This document shows positions 28,948 to 41,300 of a stretch of DNA of 64,000 nucleotides, one piece after another. The position numbers were made by a program, and so were the translations under genes. The notes under the pieces are model-generated. The model did not search any database, had not been told where the DNA came from, and was given only the letters and a program-made list of their open reading frames with translations. How positions within the stretch are numbered: the stretch's first letter is position 1; each line of letters starts with the position of its first letter. Source of the stretch: an uncultured Acidobacteriota bacterium (GTDB lineage: Bacteria > Acidobacteriota > Vicinamibacteria > Vicinamibacterales > CAVVIG01); contig CAWBXO010000001.1 in assembly GCA_963792785.1 (NCBI GenBank), positions 1,082,215 through 1,146,214 on the forward strand, read 5' to 3'.

Positions 28948-30206
28948 TACTGCCAGTCCCCTCCGTACACCTCACGGTAGGTCCTGACGGCCTCGTCCTC
29001 CGACGGCAGGCCGAGGTTGTCTGTGAAGCGGTTCATGAACGCAAAGTTGCACGTCTGCAGCACGACCTCGAGAGCGCCGCGCTCGCCGAACTCGTCGCGC
29101 AGCGCGTCGTAGCCGGCATCGGTCAGCCCGGCGGGGTTCCCGGTGAGCTGACGCGCGAAGCTCACGGCCACCAGCTCCCGCGGCGTCAGCGCGCCGTCGT
29201 CCTTGCGCATCTGCAGCAGCTTGTCGGGGCTGACGCCGAGCCGGCGGAGGCCCAGCACCTGATGCAGCGTGCAGTAGCGGCATCCGTTGGCCATCGACAC
29301 GGCGAAGGACACCTGCAGCTCAATCTCGCGCGTCACCGCCGCGTCGCGGCCGGTCGATCCCGTGTAGGCCCGCCAGGCCGAGGTGACGTCGGGCACCAGG
29401 TTCATCGCGCGCTGCGAGTTCACCAGGCCCAGGCCGCTTCCCGTCCCTGGCCTCGCGTTCCGCGATCCGGCGACGCCCGCGGCCCATTCCAGTTCCGCAT
29501 CCGAAATAAGGCCGACGCGCGCCGGGTAGGGCTGGTGGTCGACCGCGGGCACGGACGCGGGGGCATCGACGGCCCACGGCTCGACCGGCACGTTCACGGC
29601 CTGGACGAAGCGCGTGAAGTAGTTGAAGAAGCTGACGGTCATCGTCAGCTCCACGATCTGCGCGTCGTTGTAATACCCGCGCACTTGCCGGAATCGCTCG
29701 TCGTCCACGCCGTGGACGTCCGTGGTCAGCCAGCCGGCGTAGCGCAGCGCCGCGTCCTGCTCTGGACGAGCCTTGGCGCCGGTCTCGATGTGGCGCACGA
29801 GCGCCTGCCCCGCCTCGGTCGCCTCGAGGATCCGCCGCAGGTGGGCCGCCGCGTACGGGCTGTCGAGCATCTGCCCGATCCGCAGGCCCATCGCCATCTT
29901 CGTCTCTGGCTCGACGGTGCCGCCGTACAGGATGGTCTGGAACGCCCTGGCGTAGCGCACGGGCGACTCCGGAATCAGCGCGAGCGCGCGGATGTAGTTG
30001 GGCACGTGGCCGTCCCGGTACAACTCCAGGGCCTCGAGGCCGGCGAAGCGATCCGATGTCTCGGGCGCCAGGGGGATCCGAGCGACCGCCGAGGTTCCCC
30101 GCTGGATCAGGTCATCGAGGCGAACAGGCGTCGCCGCCGCCGCCGCAGGGGCGCGGTCCGCCGGCGCGGCCTCGGCTCTGGGAGGCGTGCGGGAGCATGC
30201 CGACAC
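28947..30206 (-). CDS. AhpD-like / carboxymuconolactone decarboxylase family protein (two CMD domains)
   Basis: 419 aa from GTG 30206, with the motif CRYCTLHQ in the second domain. The upstream in-frame sequence RILVTLRAFPAVVLAGALAVSAC looks like a lipoprotein signal but has no ATG/GTG/TTG start, so the true start is uncertain. Confidence 0.75.
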   Translation of the reverse strand: MSACSRTPPRAEAAPADRAPAAAAATPVRLDDLIQRGTSAVARIPLAPETSDRFAGLEALELYRDGHVPNYIRALALIPESPVRYARAFQTILYGGTVEPETKMAMGLRIGQMLDSPYAAAHLRRILEATEAGQALVRHIETGAKARPEQDAALRYAGWLTTDVHGVDDERFRQVRGYYNDAQIVELTMTVSFFNYFTRFVQAVNVPVEPWAVDAPASVPAVDHQPYPARVGLISDAELEWAAGVAGSRNARPGTGSGLGLVNSQRAMNLVPDVTSAWRAYTGSTGRDAAVTREIELQVSFAVSMANGCRYCTLHQVLGLRRLGVSPDKLLQMRKDDGALTPRELVAVSFARQLTGNPAGLTDAGYDALRDEFGERGALEVVLQTCNFAFMNRFTDNLGLPSEDEAVRTYREVYGGDWQ

Positions 30207-30350
30207 CGCCAGGGCGCCAGCCAGAACAACGGCGGGGAACGCTCGCAGGGTGACCAGGATGCGTCACTCTAATCTGGCGGATCCGCGGCCGGCAATAATG
30301 CAGAACCACTATCGCGGTGAGAGGGAGGAAGTGAGGCGGGACAACGACAT

Positions 30351-30380
30351 CCGGCGCCGGGAAGGGTTCCCCGGCGCCGG
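30351..30380 (-). terminator. strong GC hairpin downstream of the small-protein gene (copy 2 module)
   Basis: ccggcgccggg-aagggttc-cccggcgccgg has an 11-bp perfect stem. It lies 33 nt after the stop at 30413. The trailing T-tract on the minus strand is weak (ATGTCGTTGT). Confidence 0.45.
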
Positions 30381-30412
30381 ACCACACTGGACAGAGAGGG
30401 CGAACGCCGCCC

Positions 30413-30748
30413 CTACTTGCCCCCGTTCAAGTCGATGCGCAAGCCGTGGCTGGACGGGGTGTTGTCCTCGACCCGGTGATCGATCGTCCACATCGCCCCC
30501 GCGACCGCCACGCCGGTCACGATCGCGATGATCGCTTTGCGCGCGCCGCTCATCCCGCTCGCCTCGAGCCCTGGTGCCGCCTGGGCCAACACCGGCGTGC
30601 CATTCTGGGCGGCAGGCGCCGCCGCGGCGGCCGTTCGCGCGGCCTCGCGGGCGTGACGAGTCGCCGACTGCATCAAGGTCTCCCCGGCGAACGCCGCCGA
30701 GACATTGACCACGGACATGACCAGAGCCAGCACTACTAACCGCTTCAT
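30413..30748 (-). CDS. small exported protein with C-terminal TM segment (111 aa), paralogue of 37827..38225
   Basis: RBS GAGGAGG. Signal peptide MKRLVVLALVMSVVNVSAAFAGE. Conserved tail: GLEASGMSGARKAIIAIVTGVAVAGAMWTIDHRVEDNTPSSHGLRIDLN. Confidence 0.75.
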   Translation of the reverse strand: MKRLVVLALVMSVVNVSAAFAGETLMQSATRHAREAARTAAAAAPAAQNGTPVLAQAAPGLEASGMSGARKAIIAIVTGVAVAGAMWTIDHRVEDNTPSSHGLRIDLNGGK

Positions 30749-30806
30749 CCTGCCTCCTCAACGATGCGCCAGAGACCCGGTGCCGGGCTACCGGCGTTCC
30801 AACGGA

Positions 30807-33800
30807 TTAAAACTCGAGCGTTCCGGTCAGGCGTGCGATCCGCGCGTTCAGGAAACCCGTCGGATACAAGAACCGCGCCCCATACGTGCTGCTCGTGCTC
30901 TGGATGGAGCTGCCGTTCAGCACGTTGTAGACGTCGAGCGCTCCGCGCAGGCGCGCCCAGCCCCCGACCCTGAACGACTTGTTCACCGACAGGTCGAGCT
31001 GCTGGAAGCGATCGCCGAAGACCGAGTTCGGCGTGTACAGGTAGATCGACTGCGCGGTGTTCAACGTCGTGCGCGACGGATCCTTGAACCGCACATGCGC
31101 GGACGACGACCGTCATGACCGCGTTGTTCGTGGAGCCCGGCGTGTTGCGGTAAATGAGGCTGGCCGTCACACCGCCTCTGATGGGCACGCTGCCGCGCAC
31201 GCGGAAGTCGGCCAGGTTCCCCCATGACGTCACGTTCCGGCAGAACGGCCCGCCGGGAAGCGGCGTACCGTTGATGTCCGCGGGCTGGTTCGGGACGTCC
31301 ACCGTGTAGCAGTGGTCGTCCACCTGCCGCCCGATGTCCAGACCGCCGCCGATGTTGACCCCGTGCGGCAGCCGCCCTTCGGCCCCGAACGTGAAGCCGT
31401 CCCAGTAGCGCTTCTGCTTCCCGAACTCCTTCGCGTTGGTGACCCGGGTCTGCCCTTTCCCGAAGAACTGCGGCTTGAGGTCGTAGTAGCCGCACTGCTC
31501 CTGCCCCGCGTTGGGCAGCCGCGAGTCGTTCGGCACCGTGATGCAGAACTCGTCGAACGCCTCGGGCCCGTACAGCGTGTTCTCCGAAACGATGAAGCTG
31601 CCGTCCGCGTTGTGGTTGTAGGCCACGTTCACGGCCAGCCCGTGGAGGATCTCGTGGTCCACCTCGAGGTTGTAGTCCCAGAGGAAGTCGCGATTGTCCT
31701 TGATCACCGAGTCGTCGAAAATCGTGGCCGACGGGATGAACTGCCCGAAGAACTGGTTCGAGATGGCCCCGCACTCGCCGTTCGCGCTGAAGTTCGCGAG
31801 GTCGCAGTCCGGGATGTAGTCGCCGTTCGTGTCGGTCCAGTTCCGGTACGCCGAGCTCACCGACGAGGTGAACGGATGGAACCGGCGCGTCATGTCGCTG
31901 CGGCTGAGCTGATTGAACCGGCCCATCGAGAACTTGATCGCCGTCCGCCCATTGCCGAACACGTCGTACGCCACGCCAAGCCGCGGGTTGACGTCCTTCC
32001 AGATCGGCACGCCCGACAGCTTGTCCACGTGCCGCGCCGGCACGTACGGGCCCGCCGGCAGGTCGGCCGCCGGGAAGCCCATCGTGATGTAGTCGTACCG
32101 GAGACCCAGGTTGAGCGTCATCCGCTGGATCGTCCACGCGTCCTGCCCGTAGAGCCCGATCTCGTGGTTCTGCCGCTCCTGCTGGAGGAACGGCAGCGCG
32201 CGGTACTGGATCCGGGCCGGCTTCCCGTTCAGGAAGTCGTAGCTCAGGCCGTCCTTGTCGTTGTTGTCGCGGCCCTCGTCGTTGAACGCCTGCTCGTCCG
32301 AGATGCCCGACCTTGATGTTGTGGGTGCCCGTCACGTAGGACGCCGAGAACCGCTCGGCGCTCCGGCCCGTGCGGGCAATCGGCGCCGTCAGCGACGCGG
32401 GCGCCCCGTAGCGGTAGCCGGTGGCCAGTTCGAGGATCGACCGGTCGTCACGCGTGACGCCCGTCTGCGGGAAGTTCACCCAGTTCGCCGTCTGCCACGA
32501 GAGGCCGGCCTCGAGGAGCAGCCGGTTCGTCACCGGCATCGTCCACGTGCCCTGCACCACGCCCGACGGATACCAGTCCCACCCCGTGATCGCTTCGATG
32601 GCCGCGGCCCCGGCGTTCGCCGTTGTGCAGCGGCACGACTTCTGGATGTCCGCGTAGAAGTTAATCCGCTGCTTGCCGGTCGCCTGCCACGTCAGGCGCC
32701 CCGAGTGGTTCCGATACCAGTCGAAGCTCGCCGCCGGCTTGCCCGTGGCGTAGAGCGCCGCCTGGTCCGCGAACGGCGTGCCCGGCTGCCCCGGATAGAA
32801 CAGCGTCGCCGTGTTCGAGTTGCCAGATTTTTCTTGCAGCGGATTGTAATAGGCGCCCGGCTGGTTCGTGCGCTCGCCCCAGCGCGCGATCGCCGCGAAG
32901 TACCACAGCCGGTCGTGCACGATCGGCCCGCCCGACTGCCCGCCGAGGCGGAAGATCTTCTGCACCTCGCCGGCCGTGTCGATCCCGAACGCCCGCAGCG
33001 TGTCGTTGATGTTCGAGCCCTGCATCGCGCCGTTCGAGAAGTAGCCGTCCACGCTGCCGTGGAACGTGTTGCTGCCGCTCTTGGGAATCGCGTTGAGCGA
33101 CGTGCTGCCCGAGCCGGACTCGGCGCCCATGCCCGTCGTCTCGAGCTGCAGCTCCTGAATGTTGCCGCTGTCGGTGATGTACCCCACGCCCGACGCCGCG
33201 CCGATGAAATACTGGTTCCGGAAGCCGTCGAACGAGGCGCGCGTCCCCGTCTTGCCGTGATAGAAGGTGTAGGCGCCCTGCGCCGACCAGGTGTCGCGCG
33301 TGCCGCCGACATCGGCCTGCGTCGCGGCGAAGCCCGGCGTCACGTACGCCAGCGTCTGCAGCCCGACGTTGCCGCTCGGCAGGTCTTCGAGCTGCGACGT
33401 GCTGAGCGTGGACTGCTGGCGAACCGTCTGCGTGTCCACGACCGGCGACGCACCCGTGACCGTGATGGTCTCCGAGATGGCGCCCACCGTCATGGTGATG
33501 TTGACCGAAGCCGTGAACCCCGACCCGAGCACAATGCCCTCGCGCCGGACCGTCGAGAACCCGGGGAGCGTGAAGGTGACCGTGTAGTTGCCCGGCCGCA
33601 GGTCGACGATGTTGTAGCGGCCCTGCGCATCCGTGACCGCGGTCCGCACCTTCTCAATCAAGGCCGGACTGGCCGCTTCGACCGTGACGCCTGGCATGGC
33701 CAGGTTGTCGTTGTCGCGGACGATGCCGGCGATGCCGGCCGCCTGCTGGGCCGCAACCGGCCCCGCCCACAATGACGCGCAGATGAGCGCCCCCAAGATG

Positions 33801-33841
33801 ACGATCCCGGCTCGGCGCTGCTTCTGGTGACTCCCCGTCAC
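30807..33841 (-). pseudogene. Oar-like TonB-dependent receptor (CarboxypepD_reg + plug + barrel), copy 2, two +1 frameshifts (about 32305 and about 31095-31099)
   Basis: GTG 33841 follows AAGGAGG. Three consecutive frames (31061..33892, 30745..32121, 30807..31094) are collinear with intact copy 38340..41375. The extra base is visible by direct alignment: GTCGGGCATCTCGG here against GTCGGGATCTCGG in copy 1. Confidence 0.85.
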
Positions 33842-33898
33842 AATGGCCTCCTTAGCGATCGTTGCCCGTAAACGTAAGCAACTTATAGTCATGCTAAA

Positions 33899-33918
33899 GA
33901 TAGTATAAATATACTATC
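33899..33918. promoter_or_regulatory. perfect AT-rich palindrome GATAGTATA-AA-TATACTATC upstream of OMP copy 2
   Basis: 20-bp inverted repeat in an AT-rich island, 58-77 bp upstream of GTG 33841. A sequence this AT-rich stands out in a 70% GC genome. Confidence 0.5.
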
Positions 33919-33970
33919 CGCATAGCCGGGACACCTTACCACCCCCGAGATCCCTGTCAACAGGAACTGA

Positions 33971-33987
33971 TGTCGCGAAGTGTCGCA
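33971..33987. promoter_or_regulatory. TGTCGCG-N3-TGTCGCA direct-repeat operator candidate (OMP copy 2)
   Basis: tgtcgcgaagtgtcgca lies 130-146 bp upstream of GTG 33841. Confidence 0.5.
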
Positions 33988-34045
33988 ACGGAGTCACGAC
34001 AACGGTTCTTTGAATGGAAACTTGCTGCGGCGCCAGCGGGCAGGA

Positions 34046-35739
<1,694 letters not shown>

Positions 35740-35743
<4 letters not shown>

Positions 35744-36381
35744 GGTAGCGTCACCAGGCCGTGGCGAATGGCGTAGGCCACGAGCTCGGCGGTCTTGTGA
35801 AGACCGAGCGCGCTCATGATGTTGGCGCGGTGAACGGCGACCGTGTTCGCGCTCAGATCCAGATCGACGGCGATTTCACGGTTGGATCGGCCGTCGCAAA
35901 TCAGCTGCAGGACCTCCAGCTCGCGGGCCGTCAGGGCGGAGTTGCGGTCGCCCTTGAGCGCGTCGGCCTTCAGGTCCGCGAGGGCCGGGTCGAACACGGT
36001 TTCACCGGCGGCGGCCCGCTTCACCGCGTCCGCCAGATCGAGATCGAGGGCGCTTTTCAGCACGTAGCCCCGCGCGCCCGCCTCGATCGCCTGGCGGACC
36101 AGCGTCTCCTCGGCGTGCATACTCAGCATCAGCACCGCCGCGTCGGGCAGATCGCGCAGGATCTGCCGCATCGCCACGAGTCCGCTCATGCCCGGCATCG
36201 CGCAGTCCATCACGATCACGGCCGGCCGCAGGCTCCGCGCCAGCTCGACGGCCTCGCCGCCGTCGCTCGCCTCGCCCACGACGATGATCGACGGATCGTC
36301 CTCGAGCATGCGCCGGACGCCGCGCCGCACCAGGTTGTGGTCGTCGACCAGGAGCACGGTGATGCGAACCTCAGCCGGCAC
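35740..36381 (-). CDS. NarL/FixJ (LuxR-type HTH) response regulator
   Basis: 213 aa. Receiver domain (VLLVDDH...VIVMDCAMPGMSG) plus LuxR HTH (LTARELEVLQLICDGRSNREIAVDLDLSANTVAVHRANIM). Confidence 0.9.
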
Positions 36382-37801
36382 GAATGGTCAGCTCCCTCCG
36401 CTCCGCCCACGGCTCGAGCGGCACGCGCAGCCGAACCCGCGTGCCGCCGGATTCAGGTGTCTCGAACACCACGGTCCCGCCGACGAGCGCGGCCCGCTCC
36501 CGCATGCCGACCAGGCCCAGGCCGCGCCGCGGCGTGTCGGGGGCGATCCCGTGCCCGTGGTCCTCCACCTCCAGCTCGACGGCCGTCTCGGCCAACCGCA
36601 AGCGCACCCACACCCGGCCCGTCGCCGCGTGGCGCACGACGTTGCTGAGCGCCTCCTGCAGGACGCGATACACCTGAATGGCGACGCCGCCCGCCACCGG
36701 CCGCGGCGGACCGCTGCGTTCGTAGGTGATCTCCAGACCGGTCTGGCGCCGCATGGTCGACACGTACTCGTCGATCGTCGCGGCCAGCCCGATCTGTTCG
36801 AGGGCCGACGGATGCAGGCTCTGCGAGAGACCGCGCACGCTGTCGAGCGCGGTCTGGGCAATCTCGCAGACCTCTCGAAGGTCCGCCTGCACGGGCGACC
36901 CGACGGACATCTGTCGCGCCGCGCGGCCCACCATCGACCCGATCGCCGTCAGGACCTGGCCGAGCTCGTCGTGCAGCTCGCGCGCGATGTCGCGCAGCGT
37001 CGACTCGCGCGCCGCGATGAGCTGCTGGGCGAGCTCGTGGCGATCGTCGGACAGGCGCGCCAGCTCGACGAACAGCCGCCGGTTCGAGCGGATCACGTAC
37101 AAGCTGGTCAGGATGATCGCGCCCAGCATCGCGGCGACGAACCAGATCACCTGGCTCCGGACGTCGCGATAGATGCCCTGCACGCGCGCCGCCGTCTCCT
37201 CTTCGGACGCGTTGTTCTGCACGAGCAGACGCGCCACGGCGGTGCCGAGCGCCGACTGCCGCGCCTGCAGCGAGAGTCGCACCTCGGTGCGCGCCTCGTC
37301 CTCCCGCCCGTCCCGGGCCGTCGCGAAGATCCGATCGGCCGCGTTCCAGAAGCGTACGACCGAGTCGCTCAGGTACTGCTGCTGCTCCGGCGTGCGACTC
37401 GCCGTCGCGACCGTTGCTTCGAGCCGCAGGGCATCGTCGAGATCCGTTCGGATGCGGGCGAACTGTGCCGACCAGGCCGTGAGCGGATACGGCTCTTCGT
37501 TGTCGAGGATGTCGCGCATGGCGAGGCCCAGCACGTTGAGGTCGTTCTGGATGCGCAGGAGCTGCAGCGAGTCCTTGCGGTTGCGGTCGGTGAGCCCGGT
37601 CTGGAGGGCCTGCAGTCCGGAAATCTGGCGGCTGACGTACCACCCGTCAGCCACGACCGCCACGAGCGTGACGAGCAGCCCGATCAGGAGGCCGGCGCTC
37701 GGAGACGAACGTGGAGATCGCGTCCAGTGCACCACAGTCGGATTGGGCGGACAGCCTATTGTCCGCCACGCTGCGGTCAAGAGTATAGGACGTGGCGGCA
37801 T
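36371..37801 (-). CDS. sensor histidine kinase (HisKA_3 / NarX-DesK type)
   Basis: 476-aa ORF with a TM region and H-box (ARELHDELGQVLTAI). HATPase_c motifs are present at the C-terminus. Overlaps the regulator gene by 11 nt. The start codon is uncertain. Confidence 0.85.
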   Translation of the reverse strand: MPPRPILLTAAWRTIGCPPNPTVVHWTRSPRSSPSAGLLIGLLVTLVAVVADGWYVSRQISGLQALQTGLTDRNRKDSLQLLRIQNDLNVLGLAMRDILDNEEPYPLTAWSAQFARIRTDLDDALRLEATVATASRTPEQQQYLSDSVVRFWNAADRIFATARDGREDEARTEVRLSLQARQSALGTAVARLLVQNNASEEETAARVQGIYRDVRSQVIWFVAAMLGAIILTSLYVIRSNRRLFVELARLSDDRHELAQQLIAARESTLRDIARELHDELGQVLTAIGSMVGRAARQMSVGSPVQADLREVCEIAQTALDSVRGLSQSLHPSALEQIGLAATIDEYVSTMRRQTGLEITYERSGPPRPVAGGVAIQVYRVLQEALSNVVRHAATGRVWVRLRLAETAVELEVEDHGHGIAPDTPRRGLGLVGMRERAALVGGTVVFETPESGGTRVRLRVPLEPWAERRELTIRAG

Positions 37802-37826
37802 GCCGCCGCCACGTCCAGGTGTCCCC

Positions 37827-38225
37827 TTAGTTGTTTAGATCGACGCGCAGGCCGTGGCTGGACGGGGTGTTGTCCTCCACCTTGTGATCGATCGTCCACA
37901 TCGCGCCCGCCACCACCACGCCGGTCACGATCGCGATGAGCGCCTTGCGCGCGCCGCTCATCCCGCTGGCCTCGAGGCCCGGCGCCTGCTGGGCCAAGAC
38001 CGCCGGGCCGCTCTGGGCCACGGGCAGCGCCGCGGCGAAGCTGGGAACCGTCGCGAGCCGCTCGGCCCGGGTCGTGACCGGATCGACGACCGCGTCTTTC
38101 ACCGCCAGGGTCCGCGCGGTTTCGCGAGCCACGCGGCCGGCCGACTCCAACAAGGTTTCTCCCGCGAACGCAGCCGACACATTGGCCATGGACACGGCCA
38201 AGGTCAACATCAACAACCGCTTCAT
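37827..38225 (-). CDS. small exported protein with C-terminal TM segment (132 aa), paralogue of 30413..30748
   Basis: Internal ATG 38225 is preceded by GGAGGCGGG. Signal peptide MKRLLMLTLAVSMANVSAAFAGE. The conserved tail matches copy 2. Confidence 0.75.
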   Translation of the reverse strand: MKRLLMLTLAVSMANVSAAFAGETLLESAGRVARETARTLAVKDAVVDPVTTRAERLATVPSFAAALPVAQSGPAVLAQQAPGLEASGMSGARKALIAIVTGVVVAGAMWTIDHKVEDNTPSSHGLRVDLNN

Positions 38226-38294
38226 CCCGCCTCCTCGACTCTTGACTCGGACCCGAGAACAGGTCCTCACTTTTACCAATCGACGCGGAGAAGA

Positions 38295-38324
38295 CCTCAG
38301 GGGTCCACGCGGGAACCCCTGAGG
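38295..38324 (-). promoter_or_regulatory. 10-bp-stem hairpin between OMP copy 1 and its small-protein gene
   Basis: cctcaggggt-ccacgcggga-acccctgagg lies 16 nt after the OMP stop. Possible attenuator or processing site. Confidence 0.45.
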
Positions 38325-38339
38325 CTCAGCCGTTCTGTC

Positions 38340-41300
38340 CTAGAACTCGAGACTCGCCGTGATGCGCGCGAGCCGCGCCGCCAGGAACGAGGAGGGGTAC
38401 AGGAACCTGGACCCATACGAGCTGCTCGTGCTCTGGATGGAATTGCTGTTCAGCGCGTTGTAGACGTCGAACGCCACACGCATCCGCGCCCAGCCGGAGA
38501 TATTGAGCGACTTGTTCACCGACAGGTCGAGCTGCTGGAAGCGCGCCCCGAAAATCGAGTTCGGTGCGTAGAGGTACACCGACTGCGCCGTGTTCAACGT
38601 CGTGCGTGACGGATCCTTGAACCGGACATCCGACGACCGCACGGTCATGATCGCATCGTTCGTGGAGCCCGGCGTGTTGCGGTAGATGAAGCTGGCGGTG
38701 ACGCCGCCCTTGACCGGCACGCTGCCGCGCACGCGGAAGTCGGCCAGGTTCGCCCACGACGTCACCACCCGGCAGAACGGCCCGCCGGGCAGCTGCGAGC
38801 CGGTGATGCCCGCCGGCTGGTTCGGGATGTCCACCGTGTAGCAGTGGTCGTCCACCTGCCGCCCGATGTCCAGCCCGCCGCCGAGCGAAATCCCGCGCGG
38901 CAGCCGGCCTTCGGCCCCGAACGTGAAGCCGTCCCAGTAGCGCTTCTGCTTCCCGAACTCCTTCGCGTTGGTCACGCGAGACTGGCCCTTCCCGTAGAGC
39001 GCGGGCTTGATGTCGTAGTAGCCGCACTGTTCCTGGCCGGCGTTGGGCAGCCGCGAGTCGTTCGGCACCGTGATGCAGAACTCGTCGAACGCCTCGGGTC
39101 CGTACAGCGTGTTCTCCGTGACGATGAAGCTGCCGTCCGCGTTGTGGTTGTACGCCACGTTCACGGCCAGCCCGTGGACGACCTCGTGGTCCACCTCGAG
39201 GTTGTAGTCCCAGAGGAAGTCACGATTGCCGTCCGTCACCGACGGGTCGAAGATCGTGGCTGACGGGATGAACTGCCCGAAGAACGCGCTCGACATGGCC
39301 CCGCACTCGCCGTTCGCGCTGAAGTTCGCGAGGTCGCAGTCCGGGATGTAGTCGCCGTTCGCGTCGTTCCAGTTCCGGTTCGCCGAGCTCACCGACGAGC
39401 TGAACGGATGGAACCGGCGCGTCAAGTCGCTGCGGCTGAGCTGGTTGAACCGGCCCATCGAGAACTTGATCGCCGTCCGCCCGTTGCCGAACACGTCGTA
39501 CGCCACGCCGAGCCGCGGGTTGACGTCCTTCCAGTCGGGAACCCCCGACAGCGCGTCCACGTGCCGCGCCGGCACGTACGGACCCGCCGGCAGGTCGGCT
39601 GACGGGAAGCCCATCGTGACGTAATCGAACCGCAGGCCCAGGTTGAGCGTCATCCGCTGGATCGTCCACGCGTCCTGCCCGAAGATCCCGATCTCGTGGT
39701 TCTGCCGCTCCTGCTGGAAGAACGGCAGCGCCTTGTACTGGATGCGGGCCGGCTTCCCGTTGAGGAAGTCGTAGCTCAACCCGTCCTTGTTGTTGTTGTC
39801 GCGGCCCTCGTCGTTGAACCCCTGCTCGTCCGAGATCCCGACCTTGATGTTGTGGGTGCCCGTCACGTAGGACAGCGAGAACCGCTGGGCGCTCCGGCCC
39901 GTGCGGGCAATCGGCGCCGTCAGCGTCGAGGCCGCGCCGTAGCGGTAGCCCGTGGCCAGCTCGAGAATCGACCGGTCGTCGCGCGTGACGCCCGTCTCCG
40001 CGAAGTTCACCCAGTTCGCCGTCTGCCACGAGAGGCCGGCCTCGAGGAGCAGCCGGTTCGTCACCGGCATCGTCCACGTGCCCTGCACCACCCCCGACGG
40101 ATACCAGTCCCAGCCGCGCTCCGACTCGATGGCGTTGGCCCCGGTGAACGGCCCCGTCGTGCAGCGGCACGACTTCTGGATGTCCGCGTAGAAGTTGATC
40201 CGCTGGCTGTTCGTGGCCTGCCACGTCAACCGCCCCGAGTGGTTCCGATACCAGTCGAAGCTCGCCGCCGGCTTCCCCGTGGCGTAGAGCGCCGCCTGGT
40301 CCGCGAACGGCGTGCCCGGCTGCCCCGGATAGAACAGCGTCGCCGTGTTCGGGTTCCCCGATTTGCCCTGCAGCGGATTGAAATAGGCGCCCGGCTGGTT
40401 GACGCGGGAGCCCCAACGGGCGACCGCCGCGAAATACCACAGCCGGTCGTGCACGATCGGCCCGCCCGACTGGCCACCGAGCCGGAAGATGTTCTTCACC
40501 GTGCCGGCCGTATCGATCCCGAACGCCCGCAGGGCGTCGTCGATGTTCGAGCCCTGCATCGCGCCGTTCGAGAAGTAGCCGTCCACGCTGCCGTGGAACG
40601 TGTTGCTGCCGCTCTTGGGAATCGCGTTGAGCGACGTGCTCCCCGATCCCGACTCGGCGCCCATGCCCGTCGTCTCGAGCTGCAGCTCCTGAATGTTGCC
40701 GCTGTCGGTGATGTACCCCACGCCCGACGCCGCGCCGATGAAATACTGGTTCCGGAAGCCGTCGAACGAGGCGCGCGTCCCCGTCTTGCCGTGATAGAAG
40801 GTGTAGGCGCCCTGCGCCGACCACGTATCCCGGCTGCCGCCGACGTCGGACTGGGTCGTCGCGAAGCCCGGCGTCACGTACGCCAGCGTCTGCAGCCCGA
40901 CGCTGCCGCTCGGCAGGTCTTCGAGCTGCGAGGTGCTGAGCGTGGACTGCTGGCGGACCGTCTGCGTGTCCACGACCGGCGCCGCACCCGTGACCGTGAT
41001 GGTCTCTTCGAGAGCCCCTACCGTCATGGTGACGTTGACCGAGGCCGTGAACCCCGACCCGAGCACAATGCCCTCGCGCCGGACCGTCGAGAACCCGGGG
41101 AGCGTGAAGGTGACCGTGTAACTGCCCGGCCGCAGGTCGACGATGTTGTACCGGCCCTGCGGACCTGTGACCGCGGTCCGCACCTTCTCGATCAAAGCCG
41201 GGCTCGCCGCTTCGACCGTGACACCTGGAATCGCCAGGTTGTCGTTGTCGCGGACGACGCCGGCAATGGCGGACGCCTGCTGGGCCGCGGCCGACCCTGT

